Of a DNA stretch of 64,000 nt, positions 9,326 through 20,190 are shown piece by piece. The position numbers and the translations under genes are program-made. Each line of letters opens with the position of its first letter. The stretch's first letter is position 1. A model generated the notes under the pieces. That model ran no database searches, was not told where the DNA came from, and saw nothing but the letters and a program-made list of their open reading frames with translations. The stretch covers positions 1,539 to 65,538 of the forward strand of contig JBFHNV010000005.1 of the NCBI GenBank assembly GCA_041593595.1. The letters are read 5' to 3'. Source of the stretch: Gammaproteobacteria bacterium. Lineage in GTDB: Bacteria; Pseudomonadota; Gammaproteobacteria; HK1.

Positions 9326-9721
9326 GTGAGCGACAAGCTGTTCGGAATCCACGCCCAGGCCCTGAACCTGCGCGCCCGCCGCGCCGGCCTGCTGGCCGCC
9401 AACCTGGCCAACGCCGACACGCCCAACTACAAGGCGCGCGACGTGGACTTCAGGAGCGTGCTCGGCGCCGAGGCCGGCGCGCGTGACGTGGGCATGCAGC
9501 GCACCCACGCGAATCACGCCGGTGCCGGCAGCGGCGTGGGCGGCTTCGCCGACGTGACCCTCAAGTACCGCGTCCCGTCCCAGCCCTCGCTGGACGGCAA
9601 CACCGTGGACGAGCAGGTGGAGAAGGGCGAGTTCGCCTCCAACGCCGTGCGCTACATGGCCAGCCTGCAGTTCCTGGAACGGCGAGTGTCCGGCCTCATC
9701 CGCGCCCTCAGAGAGGAATGA
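9326..9721 (+). CDS. flgB: Flagellar proximal rod protein FlgB
   Basis: Contains VSDKLFGIHAQALNLRARRAGLLAANLANADTPNYKARD...NTVDEQVEKGEFASNAVRY. The GTG start lies inside a longer track ORF. Confidence 0.9.
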   Translation: MSDKLFGIHAQALNLRARRAGLLAANLANADTPNYKARDVDFRSVLGAEAGARDVGMQRTHANHAGAGSGVGGFADVTLKYRVPSQPSLDGNTVDEQVEKGEFASNAVRYMASLQFLERRVSGLIRALREE

Positions 9722-10125
9722 CCATGTCACTGTTCAACGTGTTCGGCATCGCCGGCTCCGGCATGAGCGCGCAGAGCGTGCGCCTGAACCTCACCGCCAG
9801 CAACCTGGCCAACGCCGAGTCCGTGGCCACGCGGCCCGAGGACGCGTACCGCGCGCGGCATCCGGTATTCCAGAGCGTGCTCGAGGAGGAGGCGGGTGCC
9901 AGCGTGCGCACCGCCGGCGTGGTGCAGAGCGGCGCCGAGAGCGAGGCCCGCTACGCACCCGGCCATCCCATGGCCGACGAGAAGGGCTACGTGTACGCCT
10001 CCAACGTCAACGCGATGGAGGAGATGGCCAACATGATCTCCGCCTCGCGCAGCTTCCAGCAGAACGTGGAGGTGATGAACACCTCCAAGGAACTCCTGCT
10101 GCGCACGCTGCGCCTGGGCGAGTAA
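9718..10125 (+). CDS. flgC: Flagellar rod protein FlgC
   Basis: Contains MSLFNVFGIAGSGMSAQSVRLNLTASNLANAES...MISASRSFQQNVEVMNTSKELLLRTL. Confidence 0.9.
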   Translation: MTMSLFNVFGIAGSGMSAQSVRLNLTASNLANAESVATRPEDAYRARHPVFQSVLEEEAGASVRTAGVVQSGAESEARYAPGHPMADEKGYVYASNVNAMEEMANMISASRSFQQNVEVMNTSKELLLRTLRLGE

Positions 10126-10150
10126 CGGGTCCGCCCAGGAGCACATTGTC

Positions 10151-10819
10151 ATGAGCACCATTCCCGAGCAGGTCATCGAGCGGCTCAACGCCCGCCCGCC
10201 GGAGGAGAAGAAGCGCTCCGGCGAGCTGGGCCAGAAGGACTTCCTCAAGCTGATGATCGCCCAGGTCCGCCACCAGGATCCCTTCAACCCCATGGAGAAC
10301 GGTGAGTTCATCGCGCAGATGGCGCAGTTCGCCACCGTGGAGGGCATCCAGACCATGCAGGGCTCCATCAGCGAGCTGAACCGCACCATGGCGTCGAACC
10401 AGGCGCTCATGGCCGGCACGCTGGTGGGGCGCAGCGTGCTCGCCCCCGCGGGAGAGCTCACGCTGCCTGCCGAGGGCGGCGTGGACGGCGTCATCACCGC
10501 CGATCCGGACGCCTCCAGGCTGGTCATGGACGTGCTCAGCCCGGCCGGCGCGCTGGTGGCGCGGCGCGACATCGCGCCGGCGCCCGGCGGCGCCACCCGA
10601 TTCACCTTCGACGGCATCGGCGCCGACGGCACCCGGCTGCCCCCGGGCAGCTACCGGGTGCAGGTGGAGGCCACCGTGGCCGGCAAGGCCGCCGCCGCGG
10701 AGACCGCTTTCGCACGGCGCATCGACAGCGTGACCATCGGCTCCGGCATCGACGATCTCAAGCTCAATCTGGACAGCGGCGAGCAGGTCGGATTCTCCGG
10801 CGTTCGCGAGTTCATGTGA
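10151..10819 (+). CDS. flgD: Hook capping/scaffold protein FlgD
   Basis: Contains LGQKDFLKLMIAQVRHQDPFNPMENGEFIAQMAQFATVEG. Confidence 0.9.
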   Translation: MSTIPEQVIERLNARPPEEKKRSGELGQKDFLKLMIAQVRHQDPFNPMENGEFIAQMAQFATVEGIQTMQGSISELNRTMASNQALMAGTLVGRSVLAPAGELTLPAEGGVDGVITADPDASRLVMDVLSPAGALVARRDIAPAPGGATRFTFDGIGADGTRLPPGSYRVQVEATVAGKAAAAETAFARRIDSVTIGSGIDDLKLNLDSGEQVGFSGVREFM

Positions 10820-10851
10820 CCGTCCACCACATTCACCAGGAGTAGCCTTCA

Positions 10852-12072
10852 ATGTCCTTTTCGACCGCGCTCAGCGGACTCAATGCCGCCCAGACCAACC
10901 TGGACGTGATCTCCAACAACATCGCGAACAGCAACACCACCGGCTTCAAGCGCTCGCGCGCGGAGTTCGCCGACATCTACGCCACCTCCCAGTCGGGCCT
11001 GCCCAAGGACACCGCCGGCAAGGGCGTGAGGGTCGTCGCGATCGCGCAGCAGTTCGCCCAGGGCGACATCGAGTTCACCGACAACAACCTGGATCTGGCC
11101 ATCAGCGGCAAGGGCTTCTTCCGCTTGAGCGACAACGGCTCCACCGTCTACTCCCGCGCCGGCGCCTTCAGCCTGGACCGCAACGGCTACATTGTGAACA
11201 GCGCCAACCAGCGTCTCACCGGCTACCAGCCGGATGCCACCGGCGCCATCACCGCTGCCATCGGCGACCTGCAGGTGAGCTTCGCCGACGCCATGCCCCA
11301 GGCCAGCACCCTGATCACGCTGGGTGCGAACCTGGACGCCACCGAGACGGTGCCGATCCCGTTCAACGTCGCCGACGCCACCAGCTACAACCACGCCACG
11401 TCCACCACCCTGTACGACTCGCTGGGCACGTCCCACGTGTCCACCCTGTACTTCCGCAAGTCGGCGGTGAACTCCTGGGAGGTGTACAGCTTCGTGGACG
11501 GCAACCAGGTGAGCGCCGGCGCCGACACCCTCACCTTCGACAACCTGGGCCAGCTCAACACCGTCAACGGTGCCCCGGGCACCATCTACACGGTGCCGGC
11601 GTACAACCCGGGCAACGGCGCCGCCAACCTGAATCTCACCGTGGACGTGGCCCAGCTCACCCAGTACGGGAGCGGCTTCGGCATCAACTCCCTGACCCAG
11701 GACGGCTACCCCACCGGGCGGCTGACCTCCATCGACATCGACGAGACCGGCGTGGTGCTGGCGCGCTTCTCCAACGGCCGCTTCGGGACGCTGGGCCAGG
11801 TGGTGCTGTCGAACTTCGCGAACGTGAACGGGCTGCGTCCGGAAGGCGACAACGGCTTCAGCGAGACCTTCTCCTCCGGCGGCGCCACCACGGCGGCGCC
11901 CGGCAGCACGAATCTCGGCCTGCTCCAGGCGGGCGGCCTGGAGCTCTCCAATGTGGACCTCACCAAGGAGCTGGTGGACATGATCACGGCCCAGCGCGCG
12001 TTCCAGGCCAATGCGCGGGTCATCAGCACTGCCGGTGAGATCACCCAGACGGTGATCAACCTGAACCGCTAG
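10852..12072 (+). CDS. flgE: Flagellar hook protein FlgE
   Basis: Contains MSFSTALSGLNAAQTNLDVISNNIANSNTTGFK...LTKELVDMITAQRAFQANARVISTAGEI. Confidence 0.9.
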   Translation: MSFSTALSGLNAAQTNLDVISNNIANSNTTGFKRSRAEFADIYATSQSGLPKDTAGKGVRVVAIAQQFAQGDIEFTDNNLDLAISGKGFFRLSDNGSTVYSRAGAFSLDRNGYIVNSANQRLTGYQPDATGAITAAIGDLQVSFADAMPQASTLITLGANLDATETVPIPFNVADATSYNHATSTTLYDSLGTSHVSTLYFRKSAVNSWEVYSFVDGNQVSAGADTLTFDNLGQLNTVNGAPGTIYTVPAYNPGNGAANLNLTVDVAQLTQYGSGFGINSLTQDGYPTGRLTSIDIDETGVVLARFSNGRFGTLGQVVLSNFANVNGLRPEGDNGFSETFSSGGATTAAPGSTNLGLLQAGGLELSNVDLTKELVDMITAQRAFQANARVISTAGEITQTVINLNR

Positions 12073-12112
12073 GCCGCGCGACGGCACCGGCCGCGACCCG
12101 TAGAGGCAGCCC

Positions 12113-12847
12113 ATGGACCGCATGATCTACCTGGCCATGTCCGGCGCGAAGCAGATCGCGCTGGCCCAGGCCAGCAACAGCCACAACCTGGCCAACGCCA
12201 GCACCACCGGCTTTCGCGCGGACCTGGACGCCTTCGCGAGCCTGCCGGTGCACGGCCCCACCCACGCGAGCCGGGTCTATGCCAGCGACGAGCGCGCCGG
12301 CGTAAACCTGGACACCGGCGTGGTGACCAGCACCGGGCGCGACCTGGACGTGGCGGTGAACGGCACGGGCTACATCGCCGTGCAGGCGCCGGACGGCGCC
12401 GAGGCCTATACCCGGGCCGGGGATCTCCGCGTCACCGCCCAGGGCCTGCTCACTACCGGCGCCGGGCACCCGGTGATGGGCAACGGCGGGCCGCTGGCGC
12501 TGCCGCCCTTCGACCGCATCCAGATCGGCGCCGACGGCACCATCTCCATCCTGCCCCTCGGCCAGGGCGGCGGGTCGCTGGCGGTGGTGGATCGCATCAA
12601 GCTCGTGAACCCGCCGGACACGGCCATCAGCAAGCGCGCCGACGGGCTGCTGGCCACCGCCGAGCCGGCTCCCGCCGACGCGTCGGTGCGCCTGGAGAGC
12701 GGCGCGCTGGAATCCAGCAACGTGAACACCGTGGAGGCGCTGGTCAACATGATCGAGCTGGCGCGGCTGTTCGAGATGAACGTCAAGACCATGAACGCGG
12801 CCGCGGACAACGAGGCCAGCACGAACCAGCTCCTGCGGCTCGCCTGA
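12113..12847 (+). CDS. flgF: Flagellar rod protein FlgF
   Basis: Contains [37 protein letters not shown]...[20 protein letters not shown]. Confidence 0.9.
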   Translation: MDRMIYLAMSGAKQIALAQASNSHNLANASTTGFRADLDAFASLPVHGPTHASRVYASDERAGVNLDTGVVTSTGRDLDVAVNGTGYIAVQAPDGAEAYTRAGDLRVTAQGLLTTGAGHPVMGNGGPLALPPFDRIQIGADGTISILPLGQGGGSLAVVDRIKLVNPPDTAISKRADGLLATAEPAPADASVRLESGALESSNVNTVEALVNMIELARLFEMNVKTMNAAADNEASTNQLLRLA

Positions 12848-12879
12848 CGGGCGCGGTCGCGGAGCGAGGGAGACAAGAC

Positions 12880-13662
12880 ATGAGAGCACTGTGGATCGCC
12901 AAGACCGGGCTGGACGCGCAGCAGACGCGCATGTCCGTCGTGTCCAACAACCTGGCCAACGTGAACACCACCGGCTTCAAGCGCGATCGCGCGGTGTTCG
13001 AGGACCTGATGTACCAGACCGTGCGCCAGCCCGGCGCCCAGTCCTCGGAGAACACCCAGCTCCCGAGCGGCATGTCCATCGGCACCGGGGTACGTACCAC
13101 CGCCACCGAGAAGCTGTTCAGCCAGGGCAACGTGGCGCAGTCCGAGAATCCTCTGGACATGGCCATCGAGGGCCGCGGCTTCTTCGAGATCCTGATGCCC
13201 GACGGCAGCGTGGCCTACACCCGGGACGGCTCGTTCCAGCTCGACTCCCAGGGGCAAATCGTCACCTCCACGGGCTATCTGCTGCAGCCGGGCCTGACCG
13301 TTCCCCAGAACACCCGCAGCGTCACCATCGGCAGCGACGGCACCGTGTCGGTGACCCAGGCCGGTCAGTCGGCGCCCACCACCATCGGCCAGATCCAGAC
13401 CGTGGACTTCATCAACCCGGCGGGCCTGAGGGCGCGGGGCGGCAACCTGTTCGAGGAGACCGCCGCCAGCGGCACGCCCCAGTCGGGCACCCCCGGCAAC
13501 AGCGGCCTCGGGCCCATCATCCAGGGATCCCTGGAGACCTCTAACGTCAACGTGGTGGAGGAGCTGGTGAACATGATCGAGACCCAGCGGGCCTACGAGA
13601 TCAACTCGAAGGCCATCGCCACCGCGGACGGCATGCTGCAGTTCATCAACAACAACGTGTGA
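12880..13662 (+). CDS. flgG: Flagellar distal rod protein FlgG
   Basis: Contains [37 protein letters not shown]...[29 protein letters not shown]. Confidence 0.92.
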   Translation: MRALWIAKTGLDAQQTRMSVVSNNLANVNTTGFKRDRAVFEDLMYQTVRQPGAQSSENTQLPSGMSIGTGVRTTATEKLFSQGNVAQSENPLDMAIEGRGFFEILMPDGSVAYTRDGSFQLDSQGQIVTSTGYLLQPGLTVPQNTRSVTIGSDGTVSVTQAGQSAPTTIGQIQTVDFINPAGLRARGGNLFEETAASGTPQSGTPGNSGLGPIIQGSLETSNVNVVEELVNMIETQRAYEINSKAIATADGMLQFINNNV

Positions 13663-14363
13663 GCGCGACACCCATGAGCAACACCCAGCGCGCCGCCCGC
13701 GCGGCGCTGGCCGTGGCGGCGGCGACCCTGCTGGCCGGCTGCCTCGCACAGCAGCCCATCCGCCGCGCGGACCACCGTCCGGTGCTGCCCATGCACCAGC
13801 CGGTGGAAGCGCCGGTGACCGGCAGCCTGTACCACGCCAGCACCGGCAGCGAGCTGTTCGCGGACGTGAAGGCGCGCCGGGTGGGTGACGTGATCACGGT
13901 CATCCTCAAGGAGAAGACCCAGGCCAGCAAGACCGCGACCACCTCCACCAGCAAGGACACGGCCATCGACCTGCCGGCGCCCACCCTGTTCGGGCGCAAC
14001 ATCAATCTCGGGCCCTACCCGTTCTTCAACAACAGCGTGGACTCCGGTAACAGCTTCGACGGCAAGGGTGACAGCAGCCAGAGCAACAGCCTCACCGGCG
14101 ACATCGCGGTGACCGTGGCCGCGGTCTACCCGAACGGCAACCTGATGGTGCGCGGCGAGAAGGTGCTGAACCTGAACCAGGGCAGCGAGGTGATCCGCAT
14201 CTCTGGGCTGGTGCGCGCGGTGGACGTGACCCCGCAGAACACCGTGCTCTCGACCCAGATCGCCGACGCGCAGATCACCTACAGCGGCACCGGCGCGGTG
14301 GCGGAATCCAACCAGGCCGGCTGGCTGGCACGCTTCTTCAACAGCGCATTCTGGCCCTTCTGA
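13659..14363 (+). CDS. flgH: Flagellar L-ring lipoprotein FlgH
   Basis: Has the lipobox ATLLAGC and contains [20 protein letters not shown]...[25 protein letters not shown]. The start may be the internal ATG at 13674. Confidence 0.9.
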   Translation: MSATPMSNTQRAARAALAVAAATLLAGCLAQQPIRRADHRPVLPMHQPVEAPVTGSLYHASTGSELFADVKARRVGDVITVILKEKTQASKTATTSTSKDTAIDLPAPTLFGRNINLGPYPFFNNSVDSGNSFDGKGDSSQSNSLTGDIAVTVAAVYPNGNLMVRGEKVLNLNQGSEVIRISGLVRAVDVTPQNTVLSTQIADAQITYSGTGAVAESNQAGWLARFFNSAFWPF

Positions 14364-14382
14364 CGGGTCGAGGAGCACGGTA

Positions 14383-15516
14383 ATGATCACCATCGCGACC
14401 GCCGCCCGGCGCGCCGCCCTGGCACTGGCCGCCGCCGCGGCGCTGGCCCTGGCGGCTCCCGACACCCAGGCCGGGCGCATCAAGGACCTGGCCGCGGTGC
14501 AGGGGGTGCGCAGCAACCAGCTGCTGGGCTACGGCCTCGTCGTGGGGCTCGTGGGCACTGGCGACGGCTCCAGCGCCGCGCCCTTCACGGCCCAGAGCCT
14601 GCGCAACATGCTGGCCCAGTACGGCATCACGGTGCCGGAGAACGTGAACATCCGCCCGAAGAACGTGGCCGGGGTGTCGGTGCACGCGGAGCTGCCGCCG
14701 TTCGCCAAGCCCGGCCAGCGCATCGACGTGACCGTGTCGTCCCTGGGCGATGCCAAGAGCCTGCGCGGTGGCACCCTGCTCATGACCACGCTGCGCGGTC
14801 CCGACGGGCAGGTGTACGCGGTGAGCCAGGGCGAGCTGGTGGTGGGCGGCCTCGGCGTCGAGGGCAGCGACGGCTCGCGCATCACCATCAACGTGCCGAG
14901 CGTCGGGCGCATCCCGAGCGGCGCCACGGTGGAGCGCACGGTGCCGAATCCCTTCTCCGGCGGCGGCGCGCTGGTGCTGAACCTGCACGACGCGGACTTC
15001 ACCACCGCACGGCGGGTGGAGCAGGCCATCAACGAGCGCCTGGGGGACGGCGTCGCGCGGGCCATGGACGCGGTGTCGGTGGAGGTGACCGCGCCGAAGA
15101 CCCAGGCCGAGCGGGTGAGCTTCCTGGCCTTCATCGAGAACATCGAGGTGACCCCCGGCGAGGCGGCGGCGAAGATCATCGTCAACTCGCGCACCGGCAC
15201 CGTGGTGATCGGCTCCCACGTGCGGGTGATGCCCGCCGCCGTCACCCACGGCAACCTCACGGTGACCATCAGCGAGCGCCTCCAGGTGAGCCAGCCCTCG
15301 CCGTTCTCCGAGGAGGGCACCACGGTGATCACGCCGAACACCGACATCGAGGTCAGCCAGGACGCGAGCCGCATGTTCCTGTTCGACCCCGGGGTCACCC
15401 TGGACACCATCGTGCGCGCGGTGAACCAGGTGGGCGCGGCGCCCGGCGACCTGGTGGCCATCCTCGAGGCGCTGAAGCAGGCCGGCGCGCTGCGTGCCCA
15501 GCTCATCGTGATCTGA
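14383..15516 (+). CDS. flgI: Flagellar P-ring protein FlgI
   Basis: Has a signal peptide and contains [30 protein letters not shown]...[22 protein letters not shown]. Confidence 0.92.
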   Translation: MITIATAARRAALALAAAAALALAAPDTQAGRIKDLAAVQGVRSNQLLGYGLVVGLVGTGDGSSAAPFTAQSLRNMLAQYGITVPENVNIRPKNVAGVSVHAELPPFAKPGQRIDVTVSSLGDAKSLRGGTLLMTTLRGPDGQVYAVSQGELVVGGLGVEGSDGSRITINVPSVGRIPSGATVERTVPNPFSGGGALVLNLHDADFTTARRVEQAINERLGDGVARAMDAVSVEVTAPKTQAERVSFLAFIENIEVTPGEAAAKIIVNSRTGTVVIGSHVRVMPAAVTHGNLTVTISERLQVSQPSPFSEEGTTVITPNTDIEVSQDASRMFLFDPGVTLDTIVRAVNQVGAAPGDLVAILEALKQAGALRAQLIVI

Positions 15517-15548
15517 GAGTCCTTGAAAGAAACGCCACGCTGACCCCG

Positions 15549-16598
15549 ATGAACCTCTCCGGCGCCGACATCTACACGGACTTCTCGGGCTTCTCGCGGC
15601 TGCGCGCGCAGGCACGCGAGGGCGGCGAGGCGGCCCGGCGCGAGGTGGCGGAGCAGATGGAGGCGCTGTTCGTGAGCATGATGCTCAAGAGCATGCGCGA
15701 GGCCGGCGGGGCCCTGGGGGGCGGCGCGTCCGGCGTGCACGAGGGCCTGTACGACAGCCAGCTGGCGGTCAGTCTGTCCAAGAGCGGACGGCTGGGCTTC
15801 GCGGACATGCTGCTGCGCCAGATGCCCGGCGGGGCGGGACCGGGCGAGGCCCCGGCGGCCGCGCCCCCACGGGACTTCCCGGCCCCGCAGCGCAATGCCG
15901 CGCTGCCGGCGCGAGACTGGGTCGCCGTGCGCGAGGTGGCCGCGAAGGCCGCGCCCGCCGGCCCGGTGACCAGGGTCCCCGGGGCCGCCGGGGCGCCCCC
16001 GGGGCCGGCGCCGCAGGCCACGGGCCCGGCACGGCGCCCCGAAGCCCCGGCACTGCACGCCGCGGCCCCGGCGCCGGATGGGGGCTCCCGGGTGAGCCCC
16101 GAGGACTGGGACTCGCCGGAGGCCTTCGCCCGCTCCCTGTGGCCCGCGGCCAGCCGCGCGGCCGAGGCCCTGGGCACCAGCCCGGAGGCGGTGCTGGCGG
16201 TGGCGGCCCTGGAGACCGGCTGGGGCCGGCACATGCCGGCGCGGGCGGACGGCTCGCCCAGCAACAACCTGTTCGGCATCAAGGCCCACGGCTGGGGCGG
16301 CGAGGTCACCCACTCGGCCACGCTCGAGTTCGAGCACGGCGCCTTCCGGCGCCGGGTGGAGCCGTTCCGTGCCTACGACACGCCGGAGGCGGCGGTGGCG
16401 GACTTCGCACGCTTCGTGGCGGGCCAGCCCCGCTACCGGGAGGCGCTGGCCAGCGGCGGCGATCCGGTGCGGTTCGTTCGCGCCCTGCACGCGGCGGGCT
16501 ACGCGACGGATCCCGCCTACGGGGACAAGCTGGAGCGCCTGGTGCGCAGTGCCCCGTTCAAGCAGGCGGCGGCAGCGGCCGATACATCGATCACGTGA
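15549..16598 (+). CDS. flgJ: Rod-binding / peptidoglycan hydrolase FlgJ
   Basis: The N-terminus (EALFVSMMLKSMREA...YDSQLAVSLS) is a rod-binding domain. A Pro/Ala-rich linker leads to a glucosaminidase-like C-terminus (AALETGWGRH...NNLFGIK...YATDPAYGDKL). Confidence 0.85.
   Translation: MNLSGADIYTDFSGFSRLRAQAREGGEAARREVAEQMEALFVSMMLKSMREAGGALGGGASGVHEGLYDSQLAVSLSKSGRLGFADMLLRQMPGGAGPGEAPAAAPPRDFPAPQRNAALPARDWVAVREVAAKAAPAGPVTRVPGAAGAPPGPAPQATGPARRPEAPALHAAAPAPDGGSRVSPEDWDSPEAFARSLWPAASRAAEALGTSPEAVLAVAALETGWGRHMPARADGSPSNNLFGIKAHGWGGEVTHSATLEFEHGAFRRRVEPFRAYDTPEAAVADFARFVAGQPRYREALASGGDPVRFVRALHAAGYATDPAYGDKLERLVRSAPFKQAAAAADTSIT
16558..16585 (+). promoter_or_regulatory. Candidate sigma-28 promoter for flgKL inside the 3' end of flgJ
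   Basis: Reads TCAA-N16-GCCGATAC. The -10 octamer is identical to the flgM promoter, the -35 is weak, and it lies 51 nt upstream of the flgK ATG. Confidence 0.4.
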
Positions 16599-16635
16599 TC
16601 CGCCGCGGGCACGCCCCGGCACCTGGACGGACTCC

Positions 16636-18516
16636 ATGCCGAGCATCCTGAACAACAGCGTGTCGGGCCTGCTGACCTTCAAGAGGTCGCTGGCCACCAC
16701 ATCGCACAACATCGCCAACTCGGCAACCGAGGGCTACAGCCGCCAGCGCGCGGAGCTGGCGGCGCGCCCCGGCCAGGCCTACGGCTACGGCTACGTGGGC
16801 GCCGGCGTGCAGACCGTCGGCATCGAGCGCGTGCGCGACCAGTTCATCGAGACCCGCCTGCGCGACGCCCTCACCGACGACGGCCGCACTCGCATGTACG
16901 CGGAGCTGGCAGGCCGGCTCGACAACCTGCTGGCGGGCGAGCAGAGCGGCCTGGCCCCGGCCCTGTCGGCCTTCTTCAACGCGGCGCAGGACGTGGCCAA
17001 CGACCCGTCCAGCGCCACCCCCCGACAGCTCCTGCTGGCCGAGGCGGCCACTCTGGTGGACCGCTTCCACTTCATGCACGCGGAGATCGACGGTGTGCGC
17101 TCGGAGATGAACTCCCGGCTGCAGGCCATGGTGGCGGACGTGAACGCGCTCAGCGATGACATCGCCCGCATCAACCGCGACGTGGTGACGGCGCTGGGCG
17201 AGGCCGGTGGCCCGCCCAACGACCTCCTGGACCAGCGTGACCAGCGCATCAATCAGCTTGCGGCCCTGGTGGGGGTGCGCACGGTGGAGCAGGACAACGG
17301 TGCGCTCAACGTGTTCACCACCAGCGGCCAGGCCCTGGTGGTGAACCTCACCGCCCAGCGCTGGCAGACGGTGCCGGATCCGGAGGATCCGTCCCTGCTG
17401 CAGGTGGCCGACGCGGTGGGGGGCATCGTCAGCGACAAGCTCTCCGGCGGCGAGCTGGGGGGCCTGCTGGACTTCCGCCGGGAGGGACTGGCCCAGGCCC
17501 GCAACGAGCTGGGACGCGTGGCCACGGTGCTCGCCGACACGGTCAACGCCCAGCACCGGCTGGGCATGGACGCGGATGGCGCCCTGGGTGGCGACCTATT
17601 CACCGGGCCCGCCACCACGGTGCTGCCCGCGTCCAGCAACGGCGGGTCGGCCACGGTGACCGCCACCGTCACGGCCAGCACCGCCCTCACCACCTCGGAC
17701 TACCGGCTGGACTTCGACGGCGCCAGCTACACCCTGACGCGGCTGACCGACGGCGCCAGCGTGAGCGGCGCCGGGCCGCTGGCCATGGACGGGCTGCAGG
17801 TCACCATCGGCCCCGGGGCCGCCGCCGGCGACCGCTTCCTCGTCAAGCCCGTGGCGGCCGGCGCGGGGCTCATCTCCCTGGCCCTCTCCGACCCGGACCG
17901 GGTGGCGGCGGCGGGACCGGTGCGCGGCATCGCGGCGCTTGCCAACGCCGGCGACGGCACCCAGACACAGCCGGCGGTGGTCGACATCACGGATCCGGCG
18001 CTCCTGGACCGCGTGGACCTGGTGTTCAACAACCCGCCCACGACCTTTGACGTGGTGGACGTGGGCAGCGGCACCACGCTGGCCGCCGGGGTCGCCTACA
18101 CGCCCGGCGCAGCGGTGAGCTACAACGGCTGGACCACCGCCATCGGCGGCAGCCCCGCCGCCGGCGACAGCTTCCGCATCGAGGCCAACCTGGGCGGCAC
18201 CGCGGACAACCGCAACGCCCTTGCCCTGGCCGGCCTGCAGACCTCGCGCCTGGTGGAGGGCAAGCTCAGCTACGAGCAGGCCTACAGCGCCATGGTGGGC
18301 CGCGCCGGCAGCAACGCGCGCTCGGCTCAGTTCAACGCCGAGGCCCGGGAGCAGATCCTCACCGACGCCCGCTTCGCCCGCGAGTCCGTGTCCGGCGTCA
18401 ATCTGGACGAGGAGGCGGCGGATCTCATGCGCTACCAGGAGGCGTATCAGGCCATGGCGCAGATGATCAATACCTCCAACACCTTGTTCGAGACCCTGCT
18501 GGCGGCGGTGCGCTGA
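16636..18516 (+). CDS. flgK: Hook-filament junction protein FlgK (HAP1)
   Basis: Contains MPSILNNSVSGLLTFKRSLATTSHNIANSATEGYSRQ...VNLDEEAADLMRYQEAYQAMAQMI. ATG 16636 lies within a longer track ORF. Confidence 0.9.
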   Translation: MPSILNNSVSGLLTFKRSLATTSHNIANSATEGYSRQRAELAARPGQAYGYGYVGAGVQTVGIERVRDQFIETRLRDALTDDGRTRMYAELAGRLDNLLAGEQSGLAPALSAFFNAAQDVANDPSSATPRQLLLAEAATLVDRFHFMHAEIDGVRSEMNSRLQAMVADVNALSDDIARINRDVVTALGEAGGPPNDLLDQRDQRINQLAALVGVRTVEQDNGALNVFTTSGQALVVNLTAQRWQTVPDPEDPSLLQVADAVGGIVSDKLSGGELGGLLDFRREGLAQARNELGRVATVLADTVNAQHRLGMDADGALGGDLFTGPATTVLPASSNGGSATVTATVTASTALTTSDYRLDFDGASYTLTRLTDGASVSGAGPLAMDGLQVTIGPGAAAGDRFLVKPVAAGAGLISLALSDPDRVAAAGPVRGIAALANAGDGTQTQPAVVDITDPALLDRVDLVFNNPPTTFDVVDVGSGTTLAAGVAYTPGAAVSYNGWTTAIGGSPAAGDSFRIEANLGGTADNRNALALAGLQTSRLVEGKLSYEQAYSAMVGRAGSNARSAQFNAEAREQILTDARFARESVSGVNLDEEAADLMRYQEAYQAMAQMINTSNTLFETLLAAVR

Positions 18517-19721
18517 TGCCTCGCATCTCCAGCAGCATGATCCACCAGCAGGCGCTGACCGGGATCCGCAGGAACCAGGTGGAGATCGCACGCCTGCAGG
18601 ACGGCGTCGCCAGCGGCCGGCGGATCCAGCGACCCTCCGACGACCCCGCCGGCGCCAGCCGCGCGCTGGACATCGGCGAGACCCTGGATCGCCTGGAGCA
18701 GTACCAGGTGAACGCGCGGCTCGCCGATCAGCGCCTGGCCCTGGAAGACAGCACTCTGGAAGGGGTGCAGAACCTGATCACGCGCATCAAGGAGCTGTCG
18801 CTGGCGGCCAACTCGGGCACCCAGACCCCCGAGACCCGCAATGCCATCAGCACCGAGGTGAGCGAGCGGCTCGCCAACCTGCTGGACCTCGCCAACGTGC
18901 GCGACGCCAACGGCGATCACCTGTTCTCCGGGTTCCAGGGTAGGACCCGGCCCTTCGAGATCACCGGCACCACGGTGAGCTATGTCGGGGATCAGGGCGC
19001 ACGGGACATCCAGATCTCCACCACCCAGCGGGTGACCGCGGGCGACAGCGGCGACCGGGTGTTCATGCGCGTCCCGCCGGGCAACGGCCGCTTCAGCGTG
19101 AGCGCCGACGCGGCCAACACCGGCCGCGGCGTGCTGGCCCCGGGCAGCGTCACGGACGAGGCGGCCTACACGGGCGATGCCTACTCCATCCGCTTCACGG
19201 GCCCTGCCACCTTCGACGTGGTGAACGATACCCTGGGCGTGACGGTGCTGGCCGCCCAGCCCTTCACCGAGAACGCCGCCATCACCTTCGATGGCATCAC
19301 CACACGCATCCAGAACCAGCCTGCGGCCGGGGATCGCTTCGACGTGACGCCCGGCGGGTCCCAGTCCCTGTTCGAGACGCTGCAGATGTTCATGGCCGCG
19401 CTGGCCATCGACCCGGTGGACGGCGCCACCGCGGCGAAGCAGAGCCAGGCCATGAGCCATGTCATCGACTCCCTGGACCGCGGCCTGGAGCATGTTCTCG
19501 ACGTGCGCGCCACGGTGGGCGCGCGCCTGAGCGCGCTGGAAGCGGTGGAGACGCAGAACGCCGATCTGCGCTTCGAGCTCCAGAGCACCCTGTCGCAGGT
19601 CCGGGACCTGGACATGGTGCAGGCCATCTCCTCGCTGCAGCAGCGCATCACCGCGCTCGAGGCGGTGCAGCAGTCCTTCGCCGCGGTCTCGCGGCTGTCC
19701 CTCTTCAACTACCTGCGGTAA
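18516..19721 (+). CDS. flgL: Hook-filament junction protein FlgL (HAP3)
   Basis: Contains MPRISSSMIHQQALTGIRRNQVEIARLQDGVASGRRIQRPSDDPAGA...VRDLDMVQAISSLQQ. It overlaps the flgK stop by 1 nt. Confidence 0.88.
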   Translation: MPRISSSMIHQQALTGIRRNQVEIARLQDGVASGRRIQRPSDDPAGASRALDIGETLDRLEQYQVNARLADQRLALEDSTLEGVQNLITRIKELSLAANSGTQTPETRNAISTEVSERLANLLDLANVRDANGDHLFSGFQGRTRPFEITGTTVSYVGDQGARDIQISTTQRVTAGDSGDRVFMRVPPGNGRFSVSADAANTGRGVLAPGSVTDEAAYTGDAYSIRFTGPATFDVVNDTLGVTVLAAQPFTENAAITFDGITTRIQNQPAAGDRFDVTPGGSQSLFETLQMFMAALAIDPVDGATAAKQSQAMSHVIDSLDRGLEHVLDVRATVGARLSALEAVETQNADLRFELQSTLSQVRDLDMVQAISSLQQRITALEAVQQSFAAVSRLSLFNYLR

Positions 19722-19757
19722 GTCGAAGCGTCCGGTCGCGGGTTCAGGGCGCAGCGC

Positions 19758-19859
19758 GGGGAGAGGTCGGGGCCCCTGCGCCCCGCCGTGAACCCGTCCA
19801 TGGGGGCTCGAGGGCGGCGTCCCTGCCGCCCACGGGCGCAGGAGCCCCGACCTCTCCCC
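19758..19859. repeat. Long imperfect inverted repeat (26-nt arms) with a nested hairpin, immediately after flgL
   Basis: GGGGAGAGGTCGGGGCCCCTGCGCCC (19758-19783) pairs with GGGCGCAGGAGCCCCGACCTCTCCCC (19834-19859). An inner hairpin GGGCGGC-GTCCCT-GCCGCCC sits at 19812-19831. A flanking pair CGGGTTCA/TGAACCCG is also present. Confidence 0.6.
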
Positions 19860-20162
19860 GAACCACTGTGGGCAGCCGGTGACGGCCAGTCAGATCGCCA
19901 GCTTCGCCGCCTTCTCGCGGGCGTGCCTGCTCCATGTCCTGCGCTGAGCCACCGGGCCACCGGCCCGCGTGCCGAATTCCGCGTCCCCGCTCCGGCCCAT
20001 CCGACGCACGAAACGCGTAACGCGACCCCGCCCGGTGGCGCCCCGTTCCCTCCTGGGCCTTTTTCCCATGTCGATCGCACCCCCGCAGCCGTAAACCCGG
20101 CTGCGGGCACTCGAATCGATCAGACCCCCGCCGGGATTTTTTCCCGTTCACACCCCGCCCAT

Positions 20163-20190
20163 CAAAGCTCCGGGCGAGGACGTCCGATAA
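20163..20190 (+). promoter_or_regulatory. Sigma-28-type promoter for fliC
   Basis: Reads CAAAG-N15-TCCGATAA (CAAA-N16-TCCGATAA), 97 nt upstream of the fliC ATG. Confidence 0.55.
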
